This document shows positions 1 through 11,843 of a stretch of DNA of 64,000 bases, piece after piece. The DNA is from Pocillopora damicornis. Lineage: Eukaryota. How positions within the stretch are numbered: the stretch's first letter is position 1; each line of letters begins with the position of its first letter. Location: positions 186,001 through 250,000 of the forward strand of contig NW_020846824.1 of the NCBI RefSeq assembly GCF_003704095.1, in the 5' to 3' direction. The position numbers were made by a program, and so were the translations under genes. Below the pieces are notes generated by a model, which did not search any database, was not told the origin of the DNA, and worked only from the letters and a program-made list of their open reading frames with translations.

Positions 1-1527
1 CACTTCTCTGTTTTGTGATAGCTAAGCCATGGACATGCCAATACTTTCTTCAACATCTTGTCACCAAATTGCGCATATGGCCTTCATTGTATGATGCTGC
101 TGTAATCAAAACACTCTGTCCTACATACACAATGGTGGCTTCAAATGGGTGCAGTCTGAAAAGATCCAGGCAAATTGTTCACAAGAAATGTTTTCTGCAC
201 CAAACAGTATATATTCAATATGGCGAGCAAGAGTGATCTTGTATTTTGTGAATATATGGTTAGTTGGCCTTGCAGAAAAGGGGCAATTGTCTGAAGAGAA
301 AAAAAAATTGTGACATAAACAAGTTGGATTGTGAATGAATATTCTGAGGCTACTTTTGAAAGAAGAGGGAATGAACGGTTGGAAGGACTATAACAAGGAA
401 GGAAGAAAATAAGGAATGTTGAATTTAACATTAGATTCTCGAGCTCTATTTTAGTGGTAAGGAGTTTTAGCAGAACTCTTTATTACTGCTTACCTTTCCT
501 TTTACGTGATTGATTGTGAATATTTCTCTGGATTCAATCCCACTTTGTGCCAAATTATCAGCATAACAGTAATTCCTCCTTCTCAAAACTGTATTTGTCG
601 TAGAAAATTTGTTACTGTGGTACATGTAAAATTAACGTTTGGTCTCATTAAAAATTTACTGCTTAACAAGACTGACAGCTTTTGTGCAAACAACTTTCTG
701 TTATGTCTTTAACTTCTTTTTGCTTTCACGTTCATCAATTTGCAATGATATTGTGGTGTTTTCTTCTGGAATTTTGGGAGGGTTTTTATTAACTCTGTAA
801 CGTAGAATCCTCAGTCCCGTAGTTCTTCGGACCATTCTAAATTTTTTCTATTATAGTCTAAACTCTCCCCAGGGATCCCAATTAGTTGAGATAACAAAGC
901 GTGGTTTGACTAATCCTGCTTAAATTATTCGACAAAGCTCACTTGGCACTTCTAAAGGTAATCTGATCGCTTAAAAAACGACTCTCTGTCGATTGGTGAG
1001 TACATTTTTACTGAACAAGTAAGCACGTGCTACTACACATCACGGCGCCGTGTTTTAAGTTTTCAAAAGTATACAATCTTACGGAAATCTTGTCAGTCTC
1101 GTTGAGTGACGAACCATTATTAAGATCAGAGAAAAGCCTTGCTCTGAAGTAAAGATCTTAAATTCGAGTAGTCGAAGAGATGGCTGAATTTTCGGCAACC
1201 TAGAGAGGAATATAAATGTTATGTTTTACATGAAATTTAAAACTCAAAACAATTATTAAATATATAGCAACAGAATTTCGTGGCTACTTTCAGAGTAATA
1301 TTTTGTATATGAAATTAAATTGGGGGTCAGGACACTTTTAAACCACTTGCAATGTAGACTTTCTACAGATTTTCTTTTGTTGTCAATTATTCCACTTGGC
1401 AAAATTTATGTTTCCTAGACAGACGACTACACCCCATTTATACTCCTGGGTAACAGCTTTGCTAAAGCTAAATAACACAGTACAGTGAATCAGGGGGATG
1501 ATGGGGGGTGGGGTGGGAAGGGTGTTA

Positions 1528-1683
1528 AAGAAAATTTGGTTTCACCAGCTGGGTTGATAATGTAAATTGGCCACCATAGAGAGTTTCTATAAAGCTGATG
1601 TTTCAAACATTATCCCTTTGTCATTCAGTGTTCGAATCTAAAATTAACATGATCAATGCAGGTGATAAAACCTAATTATCCTA
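1528..1683. mobile_element. Degenerate copy of the foldback element at 55150-55350
   Basis: AATTTGGTTTCACCAGCTGGGTTGATAATGTAAATTGGCCACCATA ... TGATAAAACCTAATTATC. Confidence 0.6.
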
Positions 1684-1775
1684 GGACTTTTGCCATTTAT
1701 TCTGGGTTCTACCAGATTTGATTTTCTTGGGGAGTAATTTCTTTCTTTCTTACTCTCTTCCTCATCAATAGAGGG

Positions 1776-2273
1776 ATGCATTCTGAAAAGTTGGCAGTTA
1801 TTGAAGTCAAGGTGAACTTCTTGTCTTGTCAGGCACTGGAAGATATCAGCGCGGGGTCTTTTTTAACTGATCTCTGGGGTGCAGTGAAAAATTCTCCAGA
1901 TTCTCACACTGTGCATGTTGAGAAAAACAAGCATGTGACTCCTGAAGGGGTTATGAAATATGTCAATCATTCTTGTGACAGTAATGCAAAATTTATCTTT
2001 GAAAAGCGCAAAGTGTCATTTCCAACCCGAAGTGACAATCACGAAGTCTGTTGGCATATGGTGGCCACTCGTAACATCAAGAAGGGCCAAGGAATCACCT
2101 TTGACTACAATCTAACAGAATATGACATGGCTGAACATTTCCAGTGCAACTGTGGTTCAGAGAAATGCCTAGGTGAAATAAAAGGCTTTAAATATTTGAC
2201 ACCAGAGCAACAGAAGTCCAGGGCAAGGGAGTTATCTCCAGTTGTTACTGAACTTTGGGAAGAAAATGCTTGA
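1776..2273 (+). CDS. Small stand-alone SET-domain protein with post-SET zinc motif (165 aa), putative lysine methyltransferase; CDS in a single exon
   Basis: ORF carries the SET motifs YVNHSCDSN and IKKGQGITFDY and the post-SET FQCNCGSEKC. A polypyrimidine tract and AG acceptor at 1770-1771 lie 4 nt before the ATG, so an upstream exon exists and a few more N-terminal codons are possible. AATAAA at 2363-2368. Confidence 0.88.
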   Translation: MHSEKLAVIEVKVNFLSCQALEDISAGSFLTDLWGAVKNSPDSHTVHVEKNKHVTPEGVMKYVNHSCDSNAKFIFEKRKVSFPTRSDNHEVCWHMVATRNIKKGQGITFDYNLTEYDMAEHFQCNCGSEKCLGEIKGFKYLTPEQQKSRARELSPVVTELWEENA

Positions 2274-2430
2274 ATTGTATAATATTATAAATTGAATTCT
2301 GGTGTGTCAAAATACTTCAGACTAATTAAATATTTACTGACACTGGTTAAATGTCTTGATTCAATAAAGAGGAAATTATAAGTGGAATTTTTGCTCAAGG
2401 AAATAAATTATCCTCACAGGTGAGCTACAC

Positions 2431-2641
2431 TTAACCTTTTAACTCCCATTAGTGACCAAGACAGAATTTCTCCTTACAATATCAATGCAATATCAACCAG
2501 ACAAGTGATGAGAATAAAGAAAAATATCAATTTGGGGATAATTAGTTGATCCAATACTAAATTCTCTGAACTAACATTAAAAGAATTGTATGGTTGACAG
2601 TAAGGAGAATTACAAATTTGATCCGGGAGTTGAAGGGTTAA
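2431..2641. mobile_element. piggyBac-type MITE (TTAA target duplication), family A
   Basis: TTAA-CCTTTTAACTCCC ... GGGAGTTGAAGGG-TTAA; related copies at 11632-11843 and 33622-33784. Confidence 0.8.
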
Positions 2642-2821
2642 AACACTTTTACCATAGAAGCTTAAAAAAATGGAGTTCCTCCCAGATTTACAAACCCTTA
2701 TATCAGGGGCAATGAAATATTTTTCTGTTAATGCTTTGTTTTAGTGGAGGTCAGTCACAATTTTGATTAAAATATATCAATTTTTGACCTGTTGATGGTG
2801 AGCTCTAATTTGAGTAATCAC

Positions 2822-2876
2822 AGAAAGCTGAAGTATTCAGGCTTCCTCGGGATTGGAACCCATGCCCCCCAGATAC
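2822..2876 (-). mobile_element. tRNA-derived SINE fragment
   Basis: Minus strand GGGTTCCAATCCCGAGGAAGCCTGAA resembles a Pol III B-box (GGTTCRANYCC); no cloverleaf can be folded. Confidence 0.4.
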
Positions 2877-4220
2877 AATTACTAATGCTGATTGAGAAAT
2901 CTATTTTTGGTCTAATTTTACATATGTTCTGTATACAACTAGTTCCCTGGTGTGCAGTGAAACTTCAATGACATCTCAGAAATAAGAGACAAAGCATACG
3001 TCAGGAAAAATAGTCAATCACTTACACTTTGCAAATAGACTTTAGGTTAATTGAAAGAAGAAACAATGTAACATTATCTTCTTTGTCAAGGAAAATGTTG
3101 CCTGAATACAGAGCTGGATAGGAGAGGATTTCAGGCTACTACTTAAGTAAATAATCAGTGTTACGTTCTAAAGGGTTGGGACTTTTACCCTTTTCTTGTA
3201 GTCAGGCCAATATTCCCATGGTATGTGAACCCAAAGGTAGCCCTGCACGCTTTCATTCCTTTGAGTACTCAAAGTGACCTTTTGAGGAAAAGGCACTTTT
3301 TTTTTCATACATGTGCAAGGGAAAAGTGTCAAACAACAGCAGCTGTAAACATATTCTGTTTTGTGGAACAAATCAGTCTGCTCTGAGCTGAAAACTATTT
3401 CTTGGTTTTAGGCCCCTTTCAGGATTGTTAATTTACCTTGTGACTACATTGTATCAGATTTATTAAACAGCAGCCTAAGCAATAACCCCTTTGCTTTCTT
3501 CAATCAATGGCCTGATTTTAAGGTGACAATTCTCAATGAAAGTGCATGAAATAGCTATTAATATACATTTTCATTGATACCTTCATTAGCCATTCCGGGA
3601 TTTTGCAGGCTTTCTTTAATACTGTCTGCCAACACTTGGCACCAAAATTACAGCAATGCTTTTAAGATCGATCCAACATCCTCCAATAAGAACAGCTTTT
3701 GATTACCCTTTTAACTTTGATTGAAAACTTAGTTCAAACATTTCTAGAGAAAAAGTGACAGGTGTATTGGAAAAATAGATTAACAGGAAGCGAAGCGAAT
3801 TTTGCGAACGAAAAAATTATGTAAAAAGCTGCATATGGAGATTAAAATCAAATCTGAGAGCGGAAAAAATATCTTGAAGGATTTTTGTTTTGTAACAAAT
3901 TTTAGATTAGAATCTTTATTCAACGGAGGATCAGATAAGGTGTGAATCCTTTTAAGAAAACATTAAATATAAGCGGTGTAATTCATATTTGAAACAATAA
4001 TTTGGTATATGGGCGTATTCTGAATGTGGCTAAATTTTCAGTTGTTTCCGATGTATGTATGTTTCATGATTGCTATTAATTGACAAGGGACCACAGTCTG
4101 ACGTCTAAATATTTCAAAGTAAATCTGAACGCGTTGGATTGGTTTTAAGAAAGTTTTCTTGCCTTTTGATCGACCACAGCGTCTTTTTAATGGTCTTCTC
4201 TCGAGGAAAATCTTTCCGGA

Positions 4221-7200
4221 ATGTTTCTTTTAATATTGAGGATTTTTGTTGTTTCAGAAGCGTTTACTTTGCTTCAAGGTAAGTACAACTTTTCCGATGA
4301 ATCAATACATAGTCCTACTCAATTTCAACTTATGTTACTTTGATAACTTAACTGCTAGTTTGAATGTTTCTTTTTTTATAATGACGACGCTCGAGACAAT
4401 CATGTTGAGAAATTTACCCATCCGTTACTCGTTAACCATTACTTTAAAAGCACAAGTGGGTTCGAATCGTTGGTATTCAAATATTAAAATGCTGGTCTCT
4501 GTTTGTTTATTTCGCTCAAGACGGGTTCATTTTAAAATAAAAAATGCAATACCTTTCTCAGTTGTGTAAAATGGATTTATCGTTTTATAATAACATAATG
4601 TTTAACTTCATGTATCGTTTACGATGAAAACTTCATTGTTACAAGCCCTTCAATATCAGTTTCGGGTACCCATCATTCCATCAAGACTTCTTCAACTTAT
4701 GAATTTAATCCCTTTCCCTTCTGTGTTTGTTAGCTTCTGGTTCAGACTTGTGTCCTCTTATCTTCTTTTTTAATGACCTTTGCATGTAAATGAAAGCCAC
4801 TTTCAGTAAATTTTGTAGTAAGGTTCTTCAAGCGCAATACATATATTTATGGTTGAAGTCGTGTAAAGAATTTTTTTTCAGTACAAGGGAACAAAAAACG
4901 GAAAACGCAAACAAACATTCAAATATAATTTATTTTTGATGTTATCCTTGAAATGTTAAACGTTGACGTTGATATATTTTCGCTCACGCTTCAAAATAAA
5001 CTTTGAAGTTTTTCCGTTTGAGACTTCACTGGGTCAAAGTTTCATCCAATCAGGGAAGTTAAAAAATCCAGATTTTTTTTCGTTGACTCATGAACTGGTC
5101 CAAGTTTTTCTTTTTCTTACTGGTTGCAAAATTATTGAAATATATACTGATTGACTTGATATTGTTGCTACTTTGTTTCAAATCGATCGATTTATCGGTC
5201 GTCATTGATTTTAAAACGGCTTAAATGATGTTATATTAAACAATTATTCACGAAGTGAAGTTACATTGTGGTGGAAATTTACCTCGCTGCTTTGCGGCTC
5301 GGAAGAAACCCACCACTTTCACCGACACTTAGTAAGATAATTGTTACAAAATACATTACACGTGAGCCAAAAGAGTAGTTTATTTCCGACAGTATACTGA
5401 ATATCAAACTCTTGATCCGGGAATTTTGTCTCTTTGGTTGTTCAGAGGTGAAAAGTACTTGTTAAGCATTTCCGAGTTAGCTCATCAGCGTACGAAAAAG
5501 TTCTATTCACCCGTGTAGTAGGCGCTTGTTTGCTTTTTGGAGTAATGTTCAAACGAGTTTGGAAAGTTATCCGGGATTATATTGGTTTTGCTTCACCTCG
5601 GTCTGTGATTGGTCCATAAAATTTACGCCACAATCTCAACCAATCAAGTGCAAAGTTTAACTTGGTCACTCACGTTTTCCCGCGCTTCAAGCAGCTTGCT
5701 GGTTTTTACCGTCTTTGTGATTGGCTGTTGTGATCACTTTGGTTTTGGTTTTCTTACACCCAAACGAAGTGTGCTCTTTCACATGTCAGTCCCACTCCTA
5801 TCGGTGGCAACCTCTACTAAGAGAATCATCTTTTGCGTTAATCATCCATAAAGAACGTAACGTAATCATCGAATGAATTCTAACCCACGTTCAGATTGCA
5901 ACTCAACATGACTTTACCTCTCTTTTTCGTCACCTCGTTCTAGGAGTACCAATTTTTGAGCCCGTAGGGTGCTACCTTGACAGCGGTACCTCACCTCGCC
6001 CCATGCCACTGCTTCTCAAGGATTTTCGCCCAGAAATGAACTGGAATAATATCGAGGCTGTAATTAAACAGTGCGCAAGCTTGGCATACAACAGAAGTTT
6101 CAGGTTGTTTTTAGATCTCCTGTTGCTATAATACACGTCACGTTGCACTTAATTTATGAATTTATGTATGTTGTTCATTGGGTATAATTACTACGTTATC
6201 TTACTTCTTTGTTGCTTCGGATTCAGCTATTTTGGACTACGTTATTATGGACAATGTTGGTCCGGTGCAACCGCTGATCAAACGTACAGTCGTGACGGAC
6301 CGGATAAGAGATGCGTGAGAGGAGTAGGCCTGGAATCAACCTACTTTGTGTACAAATTTTATGACTACAGTCATCAAGGTGAGAAACAGGGACAGGTTTA
6401 CCACTTCTCATTTCCGTATTGGAAAAAAAAAGCATACATACACACGTTAAAACGGCGCGACATGTGACTCTGAGAACTGGGTAAGGGAGTCTTTTTACGG
6501 AAGTGAGTAGGTGGTTCTAAGGCTCGTGGGTTAAGCGTTCCCGTGTGATAATTCAGAAAGAAATGTACCGAGTAGTAACAGTGCTGTATAAAGATCGTTT
6601 CAACTCAACTTATTCGCAAGCTTTCCGGGGAACCAGTTCTATTATTATTCAATGTCTACCTACGTGATGGGCAAAATAAGTATTCTTCAATGCAAAATAA
6701 CATGAAATGAAGTAAATATACGCAATCAAATTTTCTGCGCTTTATTTTTCATAGTTCCCGGATGTAACATGGTGTGGAAGGCTCAGGATAACTTCTGTTT
6801 TCTTGTGTCTGCAAATTACAGTTCAACCGAGAATAAAATGAAGGAATACTGTCAAAAAAGTGAAGGAGACTTGTATTATGCAACAAATAAAAGTGCATTC
6901 CGCCTACTGGAACAGTTTCTTTACACGATTGTGTCGAGTGCAAATGGCGGAAAATCTTCCCAATGTATTGTGGTAGGCCTTTTGAATGCAAGCTCCTTCT
7001 CAAACTTACCTCTTACACAGCAGAATAAATCAAACTCGATGACACACATCTGTGCCACGAGATTGCCAAGTCAATGGAAGTTACAAGGATGTCTTGTTAA
7101 CAGCTGCCATCATTTGTGCATCGCGCCCAGAGGTGAGGGTATAGATATAGAAATATCCGTGTTTCACTTTACAAAAGGGAGATTCCCAGGGAGAAGGAGG

Positions 7201-7667
7201 TTACGGCGGGGACCACAATAGGTTAATCATTCCCTGCAGGGTCAGTTATTACAATTATTTTACCCCGGGAAATCTCAAACACCTAAGATCTCGAACCGGG
7301 AATTTATAGAGTCCACGAAAGGTTGAGTTCAACTGGACGCGACTAAAAAAAGAGAAATCAACTTTAATACTTCTTCATTTCAGACATCAGCCCTGTTTCT
7401 GGAACATTCATCCAGCATGCCACAGACGCTGCTTTCACAGGTCACATGATTACCAGCCTGCTCGTCGATGACGTCACTGTATGTGCACGTGAATGTCTGC
7501 TCTATCGCAATTGTGTGTCGTTTAATTTCGAATATCTACCGACTGGAGGTCGAGAATTAATGAGTTCAGGAAGGGTCTGCGAGCTGAATGACGAAATTAG
7601 AGACAATTGTTGGGCAAAATTTCATCGACGGAACAATTATAAATACTATGAAAGGCTGCAACTGTAA
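4221..7667 (+). CDS. Secreted mosaic protein (343 aa): signal peptide, WSC-like Cys domain, divergent C-type-lectin-like domain, PAN/apple domain
   Basis: Exons 4221-4278, 5944-6103, 6227-6378, 6755-7132, 7384-7667; all GT-AG, phases 1,2,1,1 consistent, total 1032 nt. Signal peptide MFLLILRIFVVSEAFT. WSC-like VGCYLD..RPMP..W..CA..YFGLRYYGQCWSG..C..GVG..FVY. CTLD-like C-x2-W-x6-C..YC..GDL..VGL..C..WK..C..C. PAN-like CARECL..NCVSFNF..VCELN..YKYYE. Confidence 0.82.
5239..5345. repeat. Palindromic interspersed repeat
   Basis: AACAATTAT...ATAATTGTT ends with inner GTGGTGG/CCACCAC arms. Confidence 0.55.
5543..5777 (+). repeat. CCAAT-rich interspersed repeat family C
   Basis: GTGATTGGTCCA.AAAA.T..CGCCA..CCAATCA..TTTTCCC.(C/T)GCTTCA recurs at 32520-32735 (+), 15868-15985 (-) and 53750-54038 (-). 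Confidence 0.65.
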
Positions 7668-10600
7668 ATCAGTGTTTCTCGAGTTTTTTTTTTTTCAGTT
7701 TGAATTTTGTTGAAAAAATGACTGTTCCCCTCCCGAACCGTGGTGTTTTGCGAAATGGCTCGATTTGGACGTAAATAGGAGACAGCAAATTGTTAAAGGC
7801 GCCGAATGGCAAAAAACTGCCTCTAACATCTCTACTCTCGAAGGACACTGATTGGATTTTTTTATGCTTTCTCTCTTTCCCTGAGAAAAATACAGACTGC
7901 CACGTGATATGAAAGAAAACTTGTATCAGAAGTGACGGCAAGAAAGTGATGTCGATTTAGTGTCATTGCTTAGTTCGTGTATTGTCCATCAAAAAGCTCT
8001 TACGATATTTGTACCTGCCAAAAAAAAAAATCCATCTGATGTTCAATTATATTTTTGGCATTAAAGTAAAGTTGTTGATTTAATTCTGACTTGTACTGAG
8101 AGAGAACTCGCACTTTAAGTTGTTGTCAGCTAGTAACTTCTTCAGCGTGCCCGAAGATGAGCAATGTTGCTAAGCAACGCATTCTTCCCTTAAATTTGCT
8201 TACCGCTGTCGTGATAAGATTCAAACGTGTACTGTGAAAAATTCATACAGTCAATTCGTAATTTCTTCTCGATACAGCTTCAATAATTCCCAGTAAAGCG
8301 TACAGATTTTCCTGCCCAATAATGATAGGTTGATAAACGGCATAGTTCAGCTGATATGGAGGAGTAAACAAGAAAAAATCAACTCCGATATGTTTTTAGC
8401 ATAGGTGTAAAGGAGGAAATGACAGGCTTTCTCGAAATCAAATATTAAGTAGTCTTAAGGGCAAAACTTCAATTCTTTTCTTTTAGTTCTTCAGAAAGTA
8501 AAACAATAATTTGGTTATCTTTCACAACGCCAATTTTCTAGTAATATGAATAGGTATAAAATTTTCCTTTTTAATTAATTTTCCAATCAGGAACAAAACG
8601 AAAGGTCGATTTGTTGAAACAATAGCTGTAAGGTTTTTTCTCATTATACAAATATTCAAAGCAAATAAATTGTGTCATTGAATATCTCCTATTCAGGTGT
8701 CGATAAAATGAGTTGAGAATTCGTCACTCGTTTAATTTTCAGCTTCCCAGAATCTAACGAGCTTTGCACAGAGCAAAAGTAACTTCCTACGTAAGTGTCT
8801 TCAATTTGCTCTCTTTTCAGAAATTTTTAGAATTTTGTGGGATAAAAGATCTATTTAGAAACAATGAATTAATTTTAATGCTAAAAGTAGGGAATAGAAT
8901 GTAGCTATCGTAAAATATTCGAAACTCAAGAAAGTACAAAAGTTCTTTATTTCAAACGAATTCCGTATATAATGAAATCAGCTGTGTGTGAAAGCAAACA
9001 AATTAATTATAAATGCCGTTCAAATTTTAATTTAGTTTCTGAACCAGCGCTAGCGTTCGTTTCAATCAAGATCAATACCACAGATTTGAAGTTCTGCTCT
9101 GAATCTCATTTCACTTCAATGTTATCTTGAGACAAAATCTTTCCGCCGAATCTTTCAGGTGAGGATCTGAAGATATACATGTTTTTAGAGGTATATACAA
9201 TCAACTCAAAGTTCGAATCTGTTTAGCGGCGTCTGAGCTACTCGATAGATGAAGACGAACTACAAGCATATTTTAAACTTAATCCTAAACGAATTTGGTC
9301 ACCAATGTTGCAGAAAAAAGGTCAAGTTCTATTGTCAACAGCCCTCCATGATTCTCGAGACAAAAGGGGTGCGTGCAGACTTTCCGTATGGTAAATATGA
9401 CTCTTGGCTTCCAAGGGAGTATTTTTTATTATTCATTTTTTTTTTTACATGAAGATACACTGTAGAAAAAGGAACGCTATTTCTTCAACATAAGTCAGGC
9501 AACAGCGCGTGCGACAGTGATATAAAACGCAAGCTTAAGGGATCGTGTTTAGGAAAAAAAAACCTTAATTGTCTCACAACTTTACCATTACGCAGTTCAA
9601 AATAAGTCTTAGCCCGAGAACTACACAGAGGATCTTCAAAAATGTATTTAGAATTCATTTCGTGCCAAAAAACACGTAACCATACTATCTCAACCGATGC
9701 TTTCCTGTCGACCTTTAAAACAAGACATCTAATCCGCTGAGGGGGATCAGATCTCTCTCTTGATAGGAATATGGTCCGATAAGCAATTAATTTGCAATTG
9801 CCTTTCACCAGAGAGTAAAAATTTTTCGTTTGATTTTCCTTTATTCAGTTTCTAACATTAAGGTCTTAACGTCAAAAGCTTTAACTAGCTCACGAGTCTG
9901 ACTTTCTGGCTTTAAAGCAAAGGACATCTTAAACATAGGATAATTGCTTGCGTTAATTAGAAAAGAAATTTAGACTAGGATCATTTTGTCGAAATACTTA
10001 ACTATTTTTGAAAACAACATGGAAAACAGAAATGCAGCTGGCCAGAGAAAAATTTGCCCTGTCATAGCATGTCGCGTATCGATGGCGACCGTTGTCACCT
10101 GGGGAAGACCCATAGTGCATGCGGTTGAAATTTTGCGATCTACACCGAAAGAGACAACATCATGAGATAAATGATTATACTTTATGGCATTTGCAGTAGA
10201 TTCGTAGGTCGTATACTGCCAAAAGCAATTCTGCAACCTGATGAGCCCCCAAGTCCTAGGATGATATGGATAACTGTATAAAATGAGGTTTATTAGGACG
10301 ATCTAAAATCCGTAACCAGGACGGAAAAATGATACAAAATGTAACTCTGTTTAGTAATTGATATTCATAGGTTTTTCTCTTTCTCGTATTTTATTGCTTT
10401 TATATATTTGTTTACCTGTTTGACTTGTTTGTATGTTTGTCTGATTTCCTTTACGCCGCGCGTGTCTGCAAGCATACTTATATAGTTTACCTGTGTCCTG
10501 TATCCTCTCGGTTATAGCATCGGATGAAATCACGATTTACACCCAACTTATGATCTATTGATTCAATCGTTTGCTCTCATTCATTTGCAGATATCTTGGG

Positions 10601-11631
10601 AACTACATTTTCTTCCTTTTAAATCCAGTTTAACACGATAATTACGTACTCCAATCATCGAATAAGCAAGATTGAATTTGTTTGAACATATAGGGATTTT
10701 TCCAGTATTATTTTTTATACACCCTCCCTAAAAAATGTTAGAAAACTCTTTTCTTTGTAATTAAATTCCCATGTTCATTCCATAATTACAGGGTTTCATT
10801 CTGAAAGTTTCCGCAGATCATGATTCGAAAAGTAGATCCGAGTTGTACGTGCTGTTTGCGATATGTTGCTTAAATTTGATTAATATTTAGATGAGTGTAT
10901 AGGCTACACTGATCAGCGAGATCTACATCCAAATATTCCATTTTTGGTTATATTACTTAGGGTGACGCATAAGGGATCTTTAGGAAATCCTTCTTTTCAT
11001 AAGATTAAAAGGTTTATGAGCCAAAATAGAAAAGAGGAAAGATCAAATTTGATGATAAAGAAAGCAAATGCATTTTCCTCACCGAAAGGGGATGTTAATG
11101 TATATGAGAAGTAAAAAAAGTCTTAATTGAACGACAGATGATAATGTTCTTGTTATTCTACCAGAATATTTAACACGCTGAGACTCCAAGGCATATTATG
11201 GTGAATATTCAACGGCAGACGAATCTTTATTGTATCTAAGCATGCGGTACATCATGAAAACAATTAGAAGAACGAATGATCGAAACTTGTTCAGCACAGG
11301 GCGCTTTTTGTTTTTAATTACATAACAGATAAAACGGGGAAGCTGTGACTCTAAGGTGACTTTAAGAACTTGAAGACATTCAAACTGAGGTGGGTAAAAT
11401 GAAATTATGCCAATTTAATATTCAAGATCTTGAAACATAAACCTTCTTGGTAGGTTTACATATGAAGGATCCAAAAATAAACACGAAAATGAGTTTTGTA
11501 TGGAATATTCATTTTTGTCCGTGATTAAAGTAAATTTCTCCTCCTGCTGTTGTTTGAAAAATACATCGAGTTGCCTTTTCAAATTTAACTTTATTGGCGA
11601 ATTTCAAAGCAAAGGTATTTCTGGTCCCGAT

Positions 11632-11843
11632 TTCACCCTTTCACTCCCATGAGTGACCAAGAGGGAATTTCTCCTTACAATATCAATACAATATCAAACA
11701 GACAAGTGATGAGAATAAAGGAAGATATCAATGAGGGCATGATTAGTTGATCCAGTACCAAATTCTCTAAACAAACATAGTGAGAATGATATGGCAGACA
11801 GAAAGGAGAATAAATGATGATATCTTAGGCTTGAAAGGGTTAA
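11632..11843. mobile_element. piggyBac-type MITE, family A
   Basis: Colinear with 2431-2641 (AGTGACCAAGA..GAATTTCTCCTTACAATATCAAT..GACAAGTGATGAGAATAAAG); ends AAAGGG-TTAA. Confidence 0.8.

Noticed and set aside
1493-1522. Canonical G-quadruplex motif upstream of the SET exon
   Set aside because: The motif is real, but poly-G runs recur in this window next to repeats and nothing points to a function.
3100-3720. Coding-looking CpG-poor stretch including the 67-aa minus-strand ORF
   Set aside because: The frames I translated contain stops and no recognisable motif, so a gene or pseudogene call is not supported.
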